From Patescibacteria group bacterium (lineage in GTDB: Bacteria > Patescibacteriota > Minisyncoccia > UBA9983), in the NCBI GenBank assembly GCA_018895015.1, contig JAHIOX010000025.1, positions 1 through 36,095 of the forward strand: 36,095 nt of DNA. The letters are read 5' to 3'. How positions within the stretch are numbered: position 1 is the stretch's first letter; every line of letters starts with the position of its first letter. Of the stretch, positions 8,926-18,567 are shown piece by piece. The notes under the pieces were generated by a model. That model worked only from the letters and a program-made list of their open reading frames with translations. It did no database searches and was not told the DNA's origin. Made by a program: the position numbers and the translations under genes.

Positions 8926-9531
8926 TTAAGAAATATTATTTTTTAGAAACGACCTTCTGTGTTCTTTGGAAACGCCGTGTTTTTTAAGCATTTTATAATG
9001 CAGTTTAGTCCCGTATCCTTTGTGCTTGTCAAAACAATACGCCGGAAATTTTTTATGCGATTGGATCATTTTCCTGTCTCTTGCGACTTTCGCGATTATT
9101 GACGCCGCTGAAATAAGCGGAATTTTTTCATCTCCCTTGATAATTGTTTTTTGCCCGTATTCCATCGGCGCCATTAATGAACCGTCAAGCAATATAAAAC
9201 AATTATTCGGATTTATTCCGATTTTTTTCTCCATTTTTTTTATTATCCTTTTTATCCCGATATCCACCGCCTTAACAATTCTTTTTTTATCTATAATTCT
9301 CTGTCCCACAAAAGCCACTTCAGAAGGCAAATTGAGTTTGATTTTTTTCTCCCATTCTTCCCTTTTTTTCGCGCTTAATTTTTTAGAATCTTTGATTCCC
9401 GCAAGGACTCCCCTTGAAGAAGTCCCGAAGGGGAGTCCTTGGGAAACAACTCCTGCGACGGCAACCGGTCCAGCCAGCGGCCCCCGCCCCGCTTCGTCTA
9501 TTCCAATTATGTATTTATATTTTTTCTTCAT
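8926..9531 (-). CDS. rnhB: Ribonuclease HII
   Basis: GIDEAGRGPLAGPV, DSKKL, IIKGD, ISAASIIAKVARD, HKGYGT. Confidence 0.98.
   Translation of the reverse strand: MKKKYKYIIGIDEAGRGPLAGPVAVAGVVSQGLPFGTSSRGVLAGIKDSKKLSAKKREEWEKKIKLNLPSEVAFVGQRIIDKKRIVKAVDIGIKRIIKKMEKKIGINPNNCFILLDGSLMAPMEYGQKTIIKGDEKIPLISAASIIAKVARDRKMIQSHKKFPAYCFDKHKGYGTKLHYKMLKKHGVSKEHRRSFLKNNIS
9402..9441. repeat. 14-bp perfect inverted repeat inside rnhB
   Basis: CAAGGACTCCCCTT-N12-AAGGGGAGTCCTTG, encoding QGLPFGTSSRGVL. Confidence 0.85.
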
Positions 9532-9574
9532 AATTTAATAATAACAAATTTTTCTGTTATAATGATAATGTTTT

Positions 9575-12500
9575 ATGGCGTCTAAATTCGTACATCTTCA
9601 TACGCACAGCGATTATTCCCTGCTTGACGGCATGGCAAAAGTCAGCGATCTCGTTGAACGCGCCGCGCTGTTGGGAATGCCGGCGCTCGCCTTGACCGAC
9701 CACGGCAATATGCACGGCGTTATTGAATTTTACAAAAAATGCAAAAAAGCCGGCATTAAGCCGATTATAGGCGTGGAAGCGTATATCGCGCGCGATTCTC
9801 TGCGCCAAAAACGGCCCAACATAGACAACAAAAGATATCATCTGACGCTTCTCGCGAAAAACGAAGTCGGATATAAAAATTTAATGCGGCTGGTTACAAT
9901 CAGCCATTTGGAAGGATTTTATTACAAGCCGAGAATGGACAAAGAAATTCTGGCTGAACATTCCGAAGGAATAATCTGCCTCTCCGGATGCATGGCCGGA
10001 GAAATTTCAAGATTGCTTGAAAGAAAAGATTTTGAGCAAGCCGAAAAAACCGCTAAAGAATACGGAGAAATTTTCGGCAAAGATAATTTTTTCATTGAAA
10101 TCAGCCACCATCCAAACATAGAGCGCCACGACGAAATTCAAAAGGGACTGATTAAGCTTGCCAGGAAACTTGACGCTCCTCTTGTCGCGACCCAGGATAT
10201 ACATTACATAGAACCAGAGGATGCCGTGGCGCAAGATTTCCTTGTCGCCATACAAAGCAACGCCAAAATGACAGACGCAAACCGCCTCTCAATGCTAAAA
10301 GAAGATTTTTCAATGCGCTCCGGCGAACAAATGGAAAACTTTTTTAAAGAAATTCCCGAAGCGATTGAAAACACTTATCTTATATCTGAAAAATGCGACA
10401 TTAAATTGGAACTTGGGAAATGGGTATTCCCTAAAGTAGATCTTCCTGAAGGAATGAGCGCGAGGGCGCGCCTTGAGAAACTTGCCTTTCAAAATTACTC
10501 GGAAAAAATCGGGGTTGAAAAAGACGAAAACGGAGAAATCAAAAAAAGGCTGGAATATGAATTGGGCGTTATAATTTCAAAAGGATACGCGCCTTATTTC
10601 TTGGTTGTCGCCGACATCATAGACTTTGCCAGAAAAAATAAAATATTCACAAATACCAGAGGCTCGGCCGCCGGCTCTCTTGTCTCTTATCTCATCGGCA
10701 TCACAAATATAGACCCGATAAAATACAAGCTTCCGTTTGAAAGATTTCTTAATCCCGAAAGGCCGTCTCCGCCGGACATAGACATGGATTTCGCGGACGA
10801 CAAACGCGAAAAAGTGATTGATTACGTCAAAGAAAAATACGGCAAAGATAAAGTGGCGCAGATAGGAACTTTCGGAACAATGATGGCGCGCGGCGCGGTT
10901 AGAGACATAACCCGCGCGCTCGGCAAGCCGTACGACCTCGGAGACAAAATCTCAAAACTTATTCCGTTCGGTTCGCAGGGATTTCCAATGACAATCACTC
11001 AAGCTTTAAATATCACGCCTGAACTGCGGCAAATGTACGAAACAGAAAATGAAGTAAAAGAAATAATTGACTTGGCGAAAAAAATTGAAGGATGCGCGAG
11101 GCATATTTCAGTGCACGCGGCCGGCGTGGTTATCGCTCCGACCGCCCTTACGGATTTCGTACCTCTGCAATTTGAACCGAAAGGAGAAAAAATAATCACG
11201 CAATACGATATGCACGCCATTGAAGACGCCGGGCTTCTTAAATTCGACTTTTTGGGAATAAAAAACTTAACCGTTCTGGAAAATTCCGTAAAGCTTGTAA
11301 AATTTTTCCACGATACCGATATAGACATAGACAATATTCCGCTTGACGACAAAAAAACTTTTGAGCTTTTGGAGCGCGGAGAAACTCTGGGCGTTTTCCA
11401 ATTGAGCGGAAACGGAATGACGCGCTGGCTAAAAGAATTAAAACCACATTCCATCTGGGACATCATGGCGATGATAGCCCTTTTTCGTCCGGGACCGATG
11501 GCTTTTATTCCCGACTATATTAAAAGAAAAGAAAATCCAAAACTTGTTAAATACATTGACCCGAAACTAAAAGAAATTCTTGAGCCGACTTACGGAATTA
11601 TAATTTATCAAGACGATATTCTGCTGATTGCGACAAAAATCGCCGGGTACTCATGGAAAGAAGCTGATAAATTTCGCAAGGCGGTCGGCAAAAAAATTCC
11701 GAAAGAAATGGCCGCCCAAAAAGAAAAATTTATAAATGGATGCATAGAAACCGGCGGCATGGAAATATCAAAAGCCGAGGAGCTTTGGGAAATGATTGAA
11801 ACATTCGCCGCGTACGGCTTTAACAAAGCGCATACGGCAAGCTACGGAAAAGTCGCGTATCAAACCGCGTACATGAAAGCTAATTATCCGATTGAATTTA
11901 TGACGGCTGTTCTAACCGCGGACGCCGGCGACACTGAAAAAATCGCCGCCTCCATCGCAGAATGCAAACGGATGAAAATTCAAGTTCTGCCGCCAAATGC
12001 AAACGAAAGCTTTGGCGATTTTACGGCGACAGATAAAAAAGCTATCCGTTTCGGATTATATACAATTAAAAATCTTGGCGAAGAAATCGCTAACGCAATC
12101 ATTGAAGAAAGAAAGAAAAACGGCCAGTTTAAATCGTTTTCTGATTTTTTAGACAGAATCAAGCACAAAAATCTTAATAAAAAATCTCTTGAAGCGCTCG
12201 TAAAATCCGGCGCGATGGATGAATTGGGAGAAAGAAACCAATTGCTTGAAAACATGGAAGACGCGCTCGGCTACAACAAAGAATCCGCCAGGTCCGCGCA
12301 AAACCAAAATTCCCTTTTCGCAATGATGCAAGACGTCTCCAGCGTGCCGACTTTAAAATTAAAAGGCGCGCCGAGCGCTTCCCAGCAAGACAAACTGCTG
12401 TGGGAAAAAGAATTGCTTGGCTTATATATTTCAGGTCATCCGCTGGATAAATTCAAAAACAAGCTGGAAAAAATAAAAACTGGAATCGGCGGCGCCAAAA

Positions 12501-12766
12501 AACTTCCCGATAATATGCCTGTTGTTACCGCGGGAATGATTGAGGAAGTAAAAAAAATAATGACAAAGAAAAACGAGCCGATGCTTTTCGTAAAAATTTC
12601 GGATTACACGGACAGCGTTGAAACGGTAATCTTCCCGAGAATTTTAGAAAAATACGGAGATATCATACGCGAAGGAAACTGCGTCGCGATAAAAGGCAGA
12701 ATTTCCCTCCGCAACGGCGACCCGTCAATAATCTGCGAGGAAATGAAAGAGATGAAAAATAATTGA
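9575..12766 (+). CDS. dnaE: DNA polymerase III alpha subunit
   Basis: PHP motif HLHTHSDYSLLDG, RGSAAGSLV, PDIDMDF catalytic Asp residues, YGFNKAH, C-terminal OB fold. Confidence 0.99.
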   Translation: MASKFVHLHTHSDYSLLDGMAKVSDLVERAALLGMPALALTDHGNMHGVIEFYKKCKKAGIKPIIGVEAYIARDSLRQKRPNIDNKRYHLTLLAKNEVGYKNLMRLVTISHLEGFYYKPRMDKEILAEHSEGIICLSGCMAGEISRLLERKDFEQAEKTAKEYGEIFGKDNFFIEISHHPNIERHDEIQKGLIKLARKLDAPLVATQDIHYIEPEDAVAQDFLVAIQSNAKMTDANRLSMLKEDFSMRSGEQMENFFKEIPEAIENTYLISEKCDIKLELGKWVFPKVDLPEGMSARARLEKLAFQNYSEKIGVEKDENGEIKKRLEYELGVIISKGYAPYFLVVADIIDFARKNKIFTNTRGSAAGSLVSYLIGITNIDPIKYKLPFERFLNPERPSPPDIDMDFADDKREKVIDYVKEKYGKDKVAQIGTFGTMMARGAVRDITRALGKPYDLGDKISKLIPFGSQGFPMTITQALNITPELRQMYETENEVKEIIDLAKKIEGCARHISVHAAGVVIAPTALTDFVPLQFEPKGEKIITQYDMHAIEDAGLLKFDFLGIKNLTVLENSVKLVKFFHDTDIDIDNIPLDDKKTFELLERGETLGVFQLSGNGMTRWLKELKPHSIWDIMAMIALFRPGPMAFIPDYIKRKENPKLVKYIDPKLKEILEPTYGIIIYQDDILLIATKIAGYSWKEADKFRKAVGKKIPKEMAAQKEKFINGCIETGGMEISKAEELWEMIETFAAYGFNKAHTASYGKVAYQTAYMKANYPIEFMTAVLTADAGDTEKIAASIAECKRMKIQVLPPNANESFGDFTATDKKAIRFGLYTIKNLGEEIANAIIEERKKNGQFKSFSDFLDRIKHKNLNKKSLEALVKSGAMDELGERNQLLENMEDALGYNKESARSAQNQNSLFAMMQDVSSVPTLKLKGAPSASQQDKLLWEKELLGLYISGHPLDKFKNKLEKIKTGIGGAKKLPDNMPVVTAGMIEEVKKIMTKKNEPMLFVKISDYTDSVETVIFPRILEKYGDIIREGNCVAIKGRISLRNGDPSIICEEMKEMKNN

Positions 12767-12791
12767 CAAAACCACTGATTTTCTTTAGCCT
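12763..12791 (+). promoter_or_regulatory. possible sigma70 promoter for the 237-aa ORF
   Basis: TTGACA-17-TAGCCT. Confidence 0.45.
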
Positions 12792-12836
12792 GATAGCCAG
12801 AAGCAAATTTACATATCAAAAAACGGGGGTGGCGCG

Positions 12837-13550
12837 ATGATAAAATTAGCCAAAACAATATGTTTTTTAAACGCAGAGTCAGGAGAAATGAGCCATAAAA
12901 ATATCCTGGAATTAAACGATTCCCATCTAAAAATCTATGGCGATTTTCTCGCCAGAATTTTTAAAGAAAACTGCGATGGAAAAGAGGAAAGAGAGTGTGC
13001 GAAGATTTTTAAAGAGATAATCTCCGACTATCTTGAAAGCCTAAATCTTTTTGTTAAGGTACTTTATCTCGAAAGAATTGACGCAAAAAACATCCATATG
13101 ACAGCTTATTGCAAAGGGACAAAAATAAAAGATGAATTCCTTGACGGCTACGAGCCTGAATTAACCTTTTGTCTTAAACCCAAAAAACCAAGTAAAATTG
13201 TGGTTTATTGCGAAATTATTGAAAGTGGCTCCAGGCTTCTTAGCCATCTCATAAAAGTGGCTTTTCTGCTTGACATAAAAAACGACCTTCCAGCTGTATC
13301 GTTTCCTAAAATCAAACACGGGCAACCCGCGTACAATGTTGGCAATATTGAAAAAATTTCAATGTTGTTAAATAGAATCAAGGAAACTTATGATTTGATA
13401 GGGCATGGCGGACTAAAACAGCTGGCGTATTTGGAAAAATTTATATCAGATTTTCCAAGTTCGTCAGAAATTATGGAAACTTTTAGAGAAAACATGAAAG
13501 GCCTATATCTGCGAACACTATTTGGGCTTCTCGGGAAAAGAGTTTTTTAA
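12837..13550 (+). CDS. Hypothetical protein
   Basis: 237-aa AT-rich ORF with its own promoter-like motif and terminator; no motif recognised. Confidence 0.7.
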   Translation: MIKLAKTICFLNAESGEMSHKNILELNDSHLKIYGDFLARIFKENCDGKEERECAKIFKEIISDYLESLNLFVKVLYLERIDAKNIHMTAYCKGTKIKDEFLDGYEPELTFCLKPKKPSKIVVYCEIIESGSRLLSHLIKVAFLLDIKNDLPAVSFPKIKHGQPAYNVGNIEKISMLLNRIKETYDLIGHGGLKQLAYLEKFISDFPSSSEIMETFRENMKGLYLRTLFGLLGKRVF

Positions 13551-13562
13551 ACTCTGAAATGT

Positions 13563-13604
13563 AAAAAAACGGCGGCCGTTGTTTTATGCAACGGCCGTTT
13601 TTTT
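13563..13604 (+). terminator. intrinsic terminator, likely bidirectional
   Basis: A-run, CGGCCGTTG-N7-CAACGGCCG, then T7. Confidence 0.8.
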
Positions 13605-13616
13605 ATTTTATTAGAT

Positions 13617-13705
13617 TATGTCAACGTGGCAGGTTGACATATATAAATTAGCTATATTCTATCAACTATCACCTATAATTACGATCGCAAAAATAGGTGA
13701 TAGTT
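13617..13705. repeat. two inverted repeats upstream of thrS
   Basis: TATGTCAAC-N7-GTTGACATA (13617-13641) and AACTATCACCTAT-N16-ATAGGTGATAGTT (13664-13705). Confidence 0.75.
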
Positions 13706-13739
13706 TGCTTATCGTTAAATTTTTGTTATCATTATTTTA

Positions 13740-15455
13740 ATGGAAAAATCGGAAAAAATACGGCATTCGCTGGCGCATTTGCTGGCAATGGCGGTTTTGG
13801 AAAAATTTCCGGGAGCCAAACTTGGCATAGGCCCGACGATAGAAAACGGATTTTATTATGACTTCGGCGGCATTTCCCTGTCCGCGGAAAATCTGCCGGA
13901 TTTGGAAAAAAGAATGCGAGAATTGATTAAGGATAATATTAAATTCACACGCGAGGAAATTTCAGAAAAAGAAGCGAAAGAAATTTTTTCAAACCAGCAA
14001 TTTAAACTTGAATTGATTGAAGAATTAAAAAACAATAATCAGCAAATAATTATTTACAAATCCGGAAATTTTATTGATTTATGTGCCGGCCCTCATATTG
14101 AACAATCAAAAGAAATAAATCCTGACTCGTTTAAGCTCACAAAAATCGCCGGCGCCTATTGGCGCGGAGACGAGAAAAATCCAATGCTCGCGCGAGTTTA
14201 CGGCGTCGCGTTTGACACAAAAAAAGAGCTTGAAAATTATTTAAAATTTTTGGAAGAAGCGGAAAAAAGAGACCATCGTAAAATCGGCAAAGAGCTGGAT
14301 TTATTTTCTTTTCACGAAGAAGGGCCAGGTTTCCCGTTTTGGCACCAGAAAGGAATGGCCTTATATAATCAGCTTAAAAAATTTATAAGAGAAGAAAACA
14401 AAAAACGCGGGTACGGCGAAGCAGCCACGCCGATTCTGCTTAAAAAAGATTTATGGGTTCTTTCAGGGCACTGGGAAAAATTCAAGGACGATATGTACTT
14501 TTCAGAAATTGACAAGCAAGAATTCGCGGTCAAGCCGATGAATTGTCCGGGCGGGCTTCTTATATATAACGAGAAAATACATTCTTACCGCGACCTGCCA
14601 ATACGGCTGGCCGAATTCGGATTCGTGCACAGGCACGAGCTTTCAGGCGTTCTTCACGGGCTATTCCGCGTCCGCGCCTTTACGCAAGACGACGCTCACT
14701 CTTTTTGCGCGCCTGAACAGCTGAATAATGAAATTATTCAAATGATTGAATACGCGCTGAACACTTACAAAGCGTTCGGATTTAACGATTATGAAATTTT
14801 TATCGCCACGCGGCCGGAAAAATACATTGGCGACGATGAAGTGTGGGAAAAAGCGACAAGCGCCTTAATGAATTCGTTAAAAGAAAAAGGGCTTGATTAT
14901 AAAATAAAAGAAGGCGAAGGCGCTTTTTACGGGCCGAAAATTGAATTCAACATAAAAGACGCGGTAGCCAGAAACTGGCAGTTAGGCACAATTCAAGTTG
15001 ATTTTTCCATGCCAAAAAGGTTTAGCGCTTTTTATGTTGATAAAAACGGGGACAAGCAAACGCCGATTATGATACATCGGGCAATCCTCGGCTCCTTGGA
15101 AAGATTTATCGGTATATTGATTGAGCATTATGCTGGCGCTCTGCCGGTCTGGCTCTCCCCGATTCAAGCGCAAATAATTCCGGTTAGCGAAAAATTTAAC
15201 AAGTACGGAGAAAAAATTCTGGAAGAATTAAAAAATGCCGATATCCGCGCGGAGATTGATACCAGCAACGAAACATTGGGGAAAAGAATCAGGAACGCGG
15301 AACTCCAAAAAAATCCATATATTCTGGTTGTTGGAGAAAAAGAAAAAGATTCGGGCGCCGTTTCGGTTCGCTCCCGCATTGGAGACGAAGGCGTTATGGA
15401 ACTTAAAAATTTTCTGGAAAAAATCCAAAAGGAAATTTCAAGCAAGAAAAACTAA
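13740..15455 (+). CDS. thrS: Threonine--tRNA ligase (lacks the N-terminal TGS domain)
   Basis: RHSLAHLL editing domain, DLCAGPH, RDHRKIG, KPMNCP, GLFRVRAFTQDDAH, HRAILGSLERF. Confidence 0.99.
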   Translation: MEKSEKIRHSLAHLLAMAVLEKFPGAKLGIGPTIENGFYYDFGGISLSAENLPDLEKRMRELIKDNIKFTREEISEKEAKEIFSNQQFKLELIEELKNNNQQIIIYKSGNFIDLCAGPHIEQSKEINPDSFKLTKIAGAYWRGDEKNPMLARVYGVAFDTKKELENYLKFLEEAEKRDHRKIGKELDLFSFHEEGPGFPFWHQKGMALYNQLKKFIREENKKRGYGEAATPILLKKDLWVLSGHWEKFKDDMYFSEIDKQEFAVKPMNCPGGLLIYNEKIHSYRDLPIRLAEFGFVHRHELSGVLHGLFRVRAFTQDDAHSFCAPEQLNNEIIQMIEYALNTYKAFGFNDYEIFIATRPEKYIGDDEVWEKATSALMNSLKEKGLDYKIKEGEGAFYGPKIEFNIKDAVARNWQLGTIQVDFSMPKRFSAFYVDKNGDKQTPIMIHRAILGSLERFIGILIEHYAGALPVWLSPIQAQIIPVSEKFNKYGEKILEELKNADIRAEIDTSNETLGKRIRNAELQKNPYILVVGEKEKDSGAVSVRSRIGDEGVMELKNFLEKIQKEISSKKN

Positions 15456-15458
15456 AAA

Positions 15459-17450
15459 CTACACGTCCAAATTCTGGACGGCTTTAGCGTGAGTTTGGAT
15501 AAAAATTCTACGCGGCTCCACTTCGCTGCCCATCAAAATTTCAAAAATTTTATTGGCTCCATCGGCGTCATCAACAGTTATCTGCTTCAAAACGCGCCGT
15601 TCTGGATCCATGGTCGTCTCCCATAACTGCCCCGGGTTCATTTCTCCCAAACCTTTATATCTTTGGATGCCATATCCCTGGGTGTCTCCGTTTCCTATAA
15701 TTTTATTCTTTTCATCCTCGCTGTACGCGTAAAAAATTTCCTTTCCTTTTTGAATCCTAAAAAGAGGAGGAAGCGCTACGTACAAATACCCGTGTTCAAT
15801 AACGGGCAAGTAATATCTGAAAAATAACGTGAGTAAAAGCGTGCGGATATGCGAACCGTCAACATCCGCGTCTGTCGCGATTATAATTTTATGATAACGG
15901 ATTTTACTGATATCAAACTCTTCCGCGATGGCGGCTCCCAAAGCGATAACCAAAGATTTGATTTCTTTTGATGCCAGCATTTTATCGATTCTCGCCCGCT
16001 CAACATTCAAAATTTTTCCCCTTAACGGAAGAATGGCTTGAGTTCTTCTGTTTCTTCCCTGCTTGCTTGAGCCGCCAGCCGAATCTCCTTCCACGATAAA
16101 AAGCTCCGATTCGCTTGCGTCGCGCGACTGGCAATCCGCCAGCTTGCCCGGCAAAGTCAGCCCTTCAAGAATACCCTTTCTAAGGACGCTGTCTTTCGCG
16201 GCCTTGGCCGCTTTGCGCGCCCTTAAAGACAAAACAACCCTTGAGATAATGGCTCGCGCGTCATTCGGGCTCTCTTCCATAAACTCGGAAAACGCATCCG
16301 AGAAAACCGCTTCTACCGAGCCCCTTGCCTCCGGGTTGCCAAGCTTGGCTTTTGTCTGGCCTTCAAACTGCGGCTCTCTCAATTTTACGGAAACGACAAC
16401 CGTTAAACCCTCGCGCACATCCTCGCCTGTAAAATTATCCTCTCCTTGTTTAACCAAATTATTTTTCTTCGCGTAATCATTAAGCGCGCGCGTAAGAGCT
16501 GTTCTAAAGCCAGTCAAATGCATTCCACCTTCAGGCGTATAAATATTATTCGCGAAACTAATCTCTTTCGCCAAAATATCGTCAATATACTGCAAAGCTA
16601 TTTCCGTTGTAATGCCGTTTGATTCTTTCTCAACATAAAAAACTTTATCCTGTATAACTTTTTCTTCTTTATTCATGAATTTTATCATAGATAAAATTCC
16701 GCCTTCAAAATAAAAAGTGTGCGAATTTACCGGCAGATTAAGCGACTCCAAAAACAAAACTTCTGACTGCCCGGCAGGCATGCCCAAATCGTCAATTTTG
16801 CCGCTGTATTCTCTGGCATCAATAATATTAATTTTTAATTTTTTTACTAAATACGCCTGGCGCCGCAAATGGCCTACTACTTTACCCCAGTCAAATTTTA
16901 TTTCTTGAAAAATTTCCGGGTCAGGTTCAAAAATAACCGTTGTTCCTTGAAATTTGCTCGGTCCAATTTTTTTTACCCTTGCAGCCGCCTTGCCTCTTTT
17001 ATATTCTTGAATGTATTTCGCGCCATCGCGATGGACTTCAGCGCGCATCCAAACCGAAAGAGCGTTCACGACAGAAACTCCGACGCCATGCAAACCTCCG
17101 GCAATTTTATAAGATTCTCCTCCAAATTTTCCTCCGGCGTGAAGCGTAGTCATAACTGTTTCCAGCGCTGAAACTTTTGTTTGTTTGTGAATTTCAACAG
17201 GAATTCCGCGGCCATTATCAGCCACGCGCACTCTGTTTCCCGGCAAAAACGCGACCTCCACTTGATCCGCGAATCCGCCCATTGCTTCATCGCGGCCATT
17301 ATCAAAAACCTCCCATACAAGATGATGAAGCCCGTCCAATCCGGTTGAACCAATATACATTCCCGGGCGCTTTCGCACCGGCTCAAGCCCCTCTAAAACA
17401 TAGATATCTTTGGCAGTATACCCGTTATTCGCGCCATTGTTCTTTGCCAT
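15459..17450 (-). CDS. gyrB: DNA gyrase subunit B
   Basis: LEGLEPVRKRPGMYIG, DNGRGIP, GGLHGVGVSVVNALS, VEGDSAGG, PLRGKILN, DADVDG, YKGLGEMNP. Confidence 0.98.
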   Translation of the reverse strand: MAKNNGANNGYTAKDIYVLEGLEPVRKRPGMYIGSTGLDGLHHLVWEVFDNGRDEAMGGFADQVEVAFLPGNRVRVADNGRGIPVEIHKQTKVSALETVMTTLHAGGKFGGESYKIAGGLHGVGVSVVNALSVWMRAEVHRDGAKYIQEYKRGKAAARVKKIGPSKFQGTTVIFEPDPEIFQEIKFDWGKVVGHLRRQAYLVKKLKINIIDAREYSGKIDDLGMPAGQSEVLFLESLNLPVNSHTFYFEGGILSMIKFMNKEEKVIQDKVFYVEKESNGITTEIALQYIDDILAKEISFANNIYTPEGGMHLTGFRTALTRALNDYAKKNNLVKQGEDNFTGEDVREGLTVVVSVKLREPQFEGQTKAKLGNPEARGSVEAVFSDAFSEFMEESPNDARAIISRVVLSLRARKAAKAAKDSVLRKGILEGLTLPGKLADCQSRDASESELFIVEGDSAGGSSKQGRNRRTQAILPLRGKILNVERARIDKMLASKEIKSLVIALGAAIAEEFDISKIRYHKIIIATDADVDGSHIRTLLLTLFFRYYLPVIEHGYLYVALPPLFRIQKGKEIFYAYSEDEKNKIIGNGDTQGYGIQRYKGLGEMNPGQLWETTMDPERRVLKQITVDDADGANKIFEILMGSEVEPRRIFIQTHAKAVQNLDV

Positions 17451-17456
17451 ATTTAT

Positions 17457-18023
17457 TTAAATTTTAGCATAAACGCTCATTTTCCGCCAGTATTTTTTGA
17501 AAATACCAATGGGGACAAATTTATGCATTCCTTCTTCTATGCTGAACGAATCAGGGTCATGATAATAGAAACCAGATACGCGATTTTTATTCGCATGAAA
17601 ACCTGTCAAAATAACCATATGAAATTTTTTCTCATCTGAAAAATTTCTTACGGCCGAAATTATCACAGGCCTTTTTTTCTTTAAAAAATTTATTGTTTCT
17701 TTAATTGCCTGTTCAATAATCTTTTTTTGTTCGTCATAGTCCGCGCTTTTGTATTCTTTCCTGAAAACTTCCAGCCCGCGCTCTTTCATCATTTCAACCA
17801 AAACATCATGAACCCATCCGTACTCGCAATACCCTACTTTTTCAATTCCCTCTTTAATCAAATCATCCAACGATTCCGAATCTTTTTTATAATAATCCAA
17901 AACCATCTTTACGCATGCCATCCCGCATGCCCGATTTTTCCAATATTCATCGCCAACATCCAAATACTGCGAACAATACGGCACATCCAAAATAAATTTT
18001 TCTGTTCTGCTTTTACTTGGCAT
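17457..18023 (-). CDS. C39-like (papain-fold) cysteine peptidase, no signal peptide
   Basis: VPYCSQ...RACGMACVKMVLDYY, HMVILTG, YYHDP: Gln/Cys/His/Asp pattern of Peptidase_C39-like proteins. Confidence 0.8.
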   Translation of the reverse strand: MPSKSRTEKFILDVPYCSQYLDVGDEYWKNRACGMACVKMVLDYYKKDSESLDDLIKEGIEKVGYCEYGWVHDVLVEMMKERGLEVFRKEYKSADYDEQKKIIEQAIKETINFLKKKRPVIISAVRNFSDEKKFHMVILTGFHANKNRVSGFYYHDPDSFSIEEGMHKFVPIGIFKKYWRKMSVYAKI

Positions 18024-18075
18024 ATATTCTCATTATGGGCCAGTTATTGTAATTTATGCAAACGTATGTTAAATT

Positions 18076-18450
18076 ATGGGCAGATTTGAAAAATTTAAAA
18101 AGGGGGATTGTCTAATGGAAATGACATGCACGATAATTGGTGGAATTATTCTTTATTTTTTTGTAGGGATTATTTTTTGCGGGATAGAAGTGAGATGGCA
18201 TACCTATGATAGATTATTTTATTTTTTAGGCGGTGATCCGTGGCCAGAAGAATGCAATTTTGCCGACAAAATGTCATTCGTGATTTTTTGGTTGCCATTA
18301 GTTCTTATCATTATTTTGATGCTAATAAAAGAAATTCTATTCGGCTTGATAAGGATATTTATAAAACCAATCGTGGTTTTTTTCACTAGCGGATTCCGCA
18401 TGCCGAAAAAAGAGGTGAATGGGAATGAACATAATCATGAAATATCTTGA
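18076..18450 (+). CDS. Small membrane protein (2 TM), start possibly at 18115
   Basis: Two hydrophobic stretches; SD-like AAGGGGG before ATG 18115; terminator downstream. Confidence 0.6.
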   Translation: MGRFEKFKKGDCLMEMTCTIIGGIILYFFVGIIFCGIEVRWHTYDRLFYFLGGDPWPEECNFADKMSFVIFWLPLVLIIILMLIKEILFGLIRIFIKPIVVFFTSGFRMPKKEVNGNEHNHEIS

Positions 18451-18530
18451 AAATATGAGAGCGCAAAATAGAATTTGCAAAATTGGTGTTATCAAAAAAT
18501 GATTCGTTTTAATAAAGAATTTTGTCTGTC

Positions 18531-18558
18531 AAAAAAGGCGCTGAATAGCGCTTTTTTC
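18531..18558. terminator. bidirectional intrinsic terminator
   Basis: A6-GGCGCT-GAAT-AGCGCT-T-run between convergent genes. Confidence 0.7.
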
Positions 18559-18567
18559 TTTTAATAT

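Noticed and set aside
13617-13739. T-box or E. coli-type thrS anticodon-mimic operator
   Set aside because: No T-box AAGGTGGCACC-like motif, no Thr anticodon-like loop, and the predicted promoter lies downstream of the hairpins.
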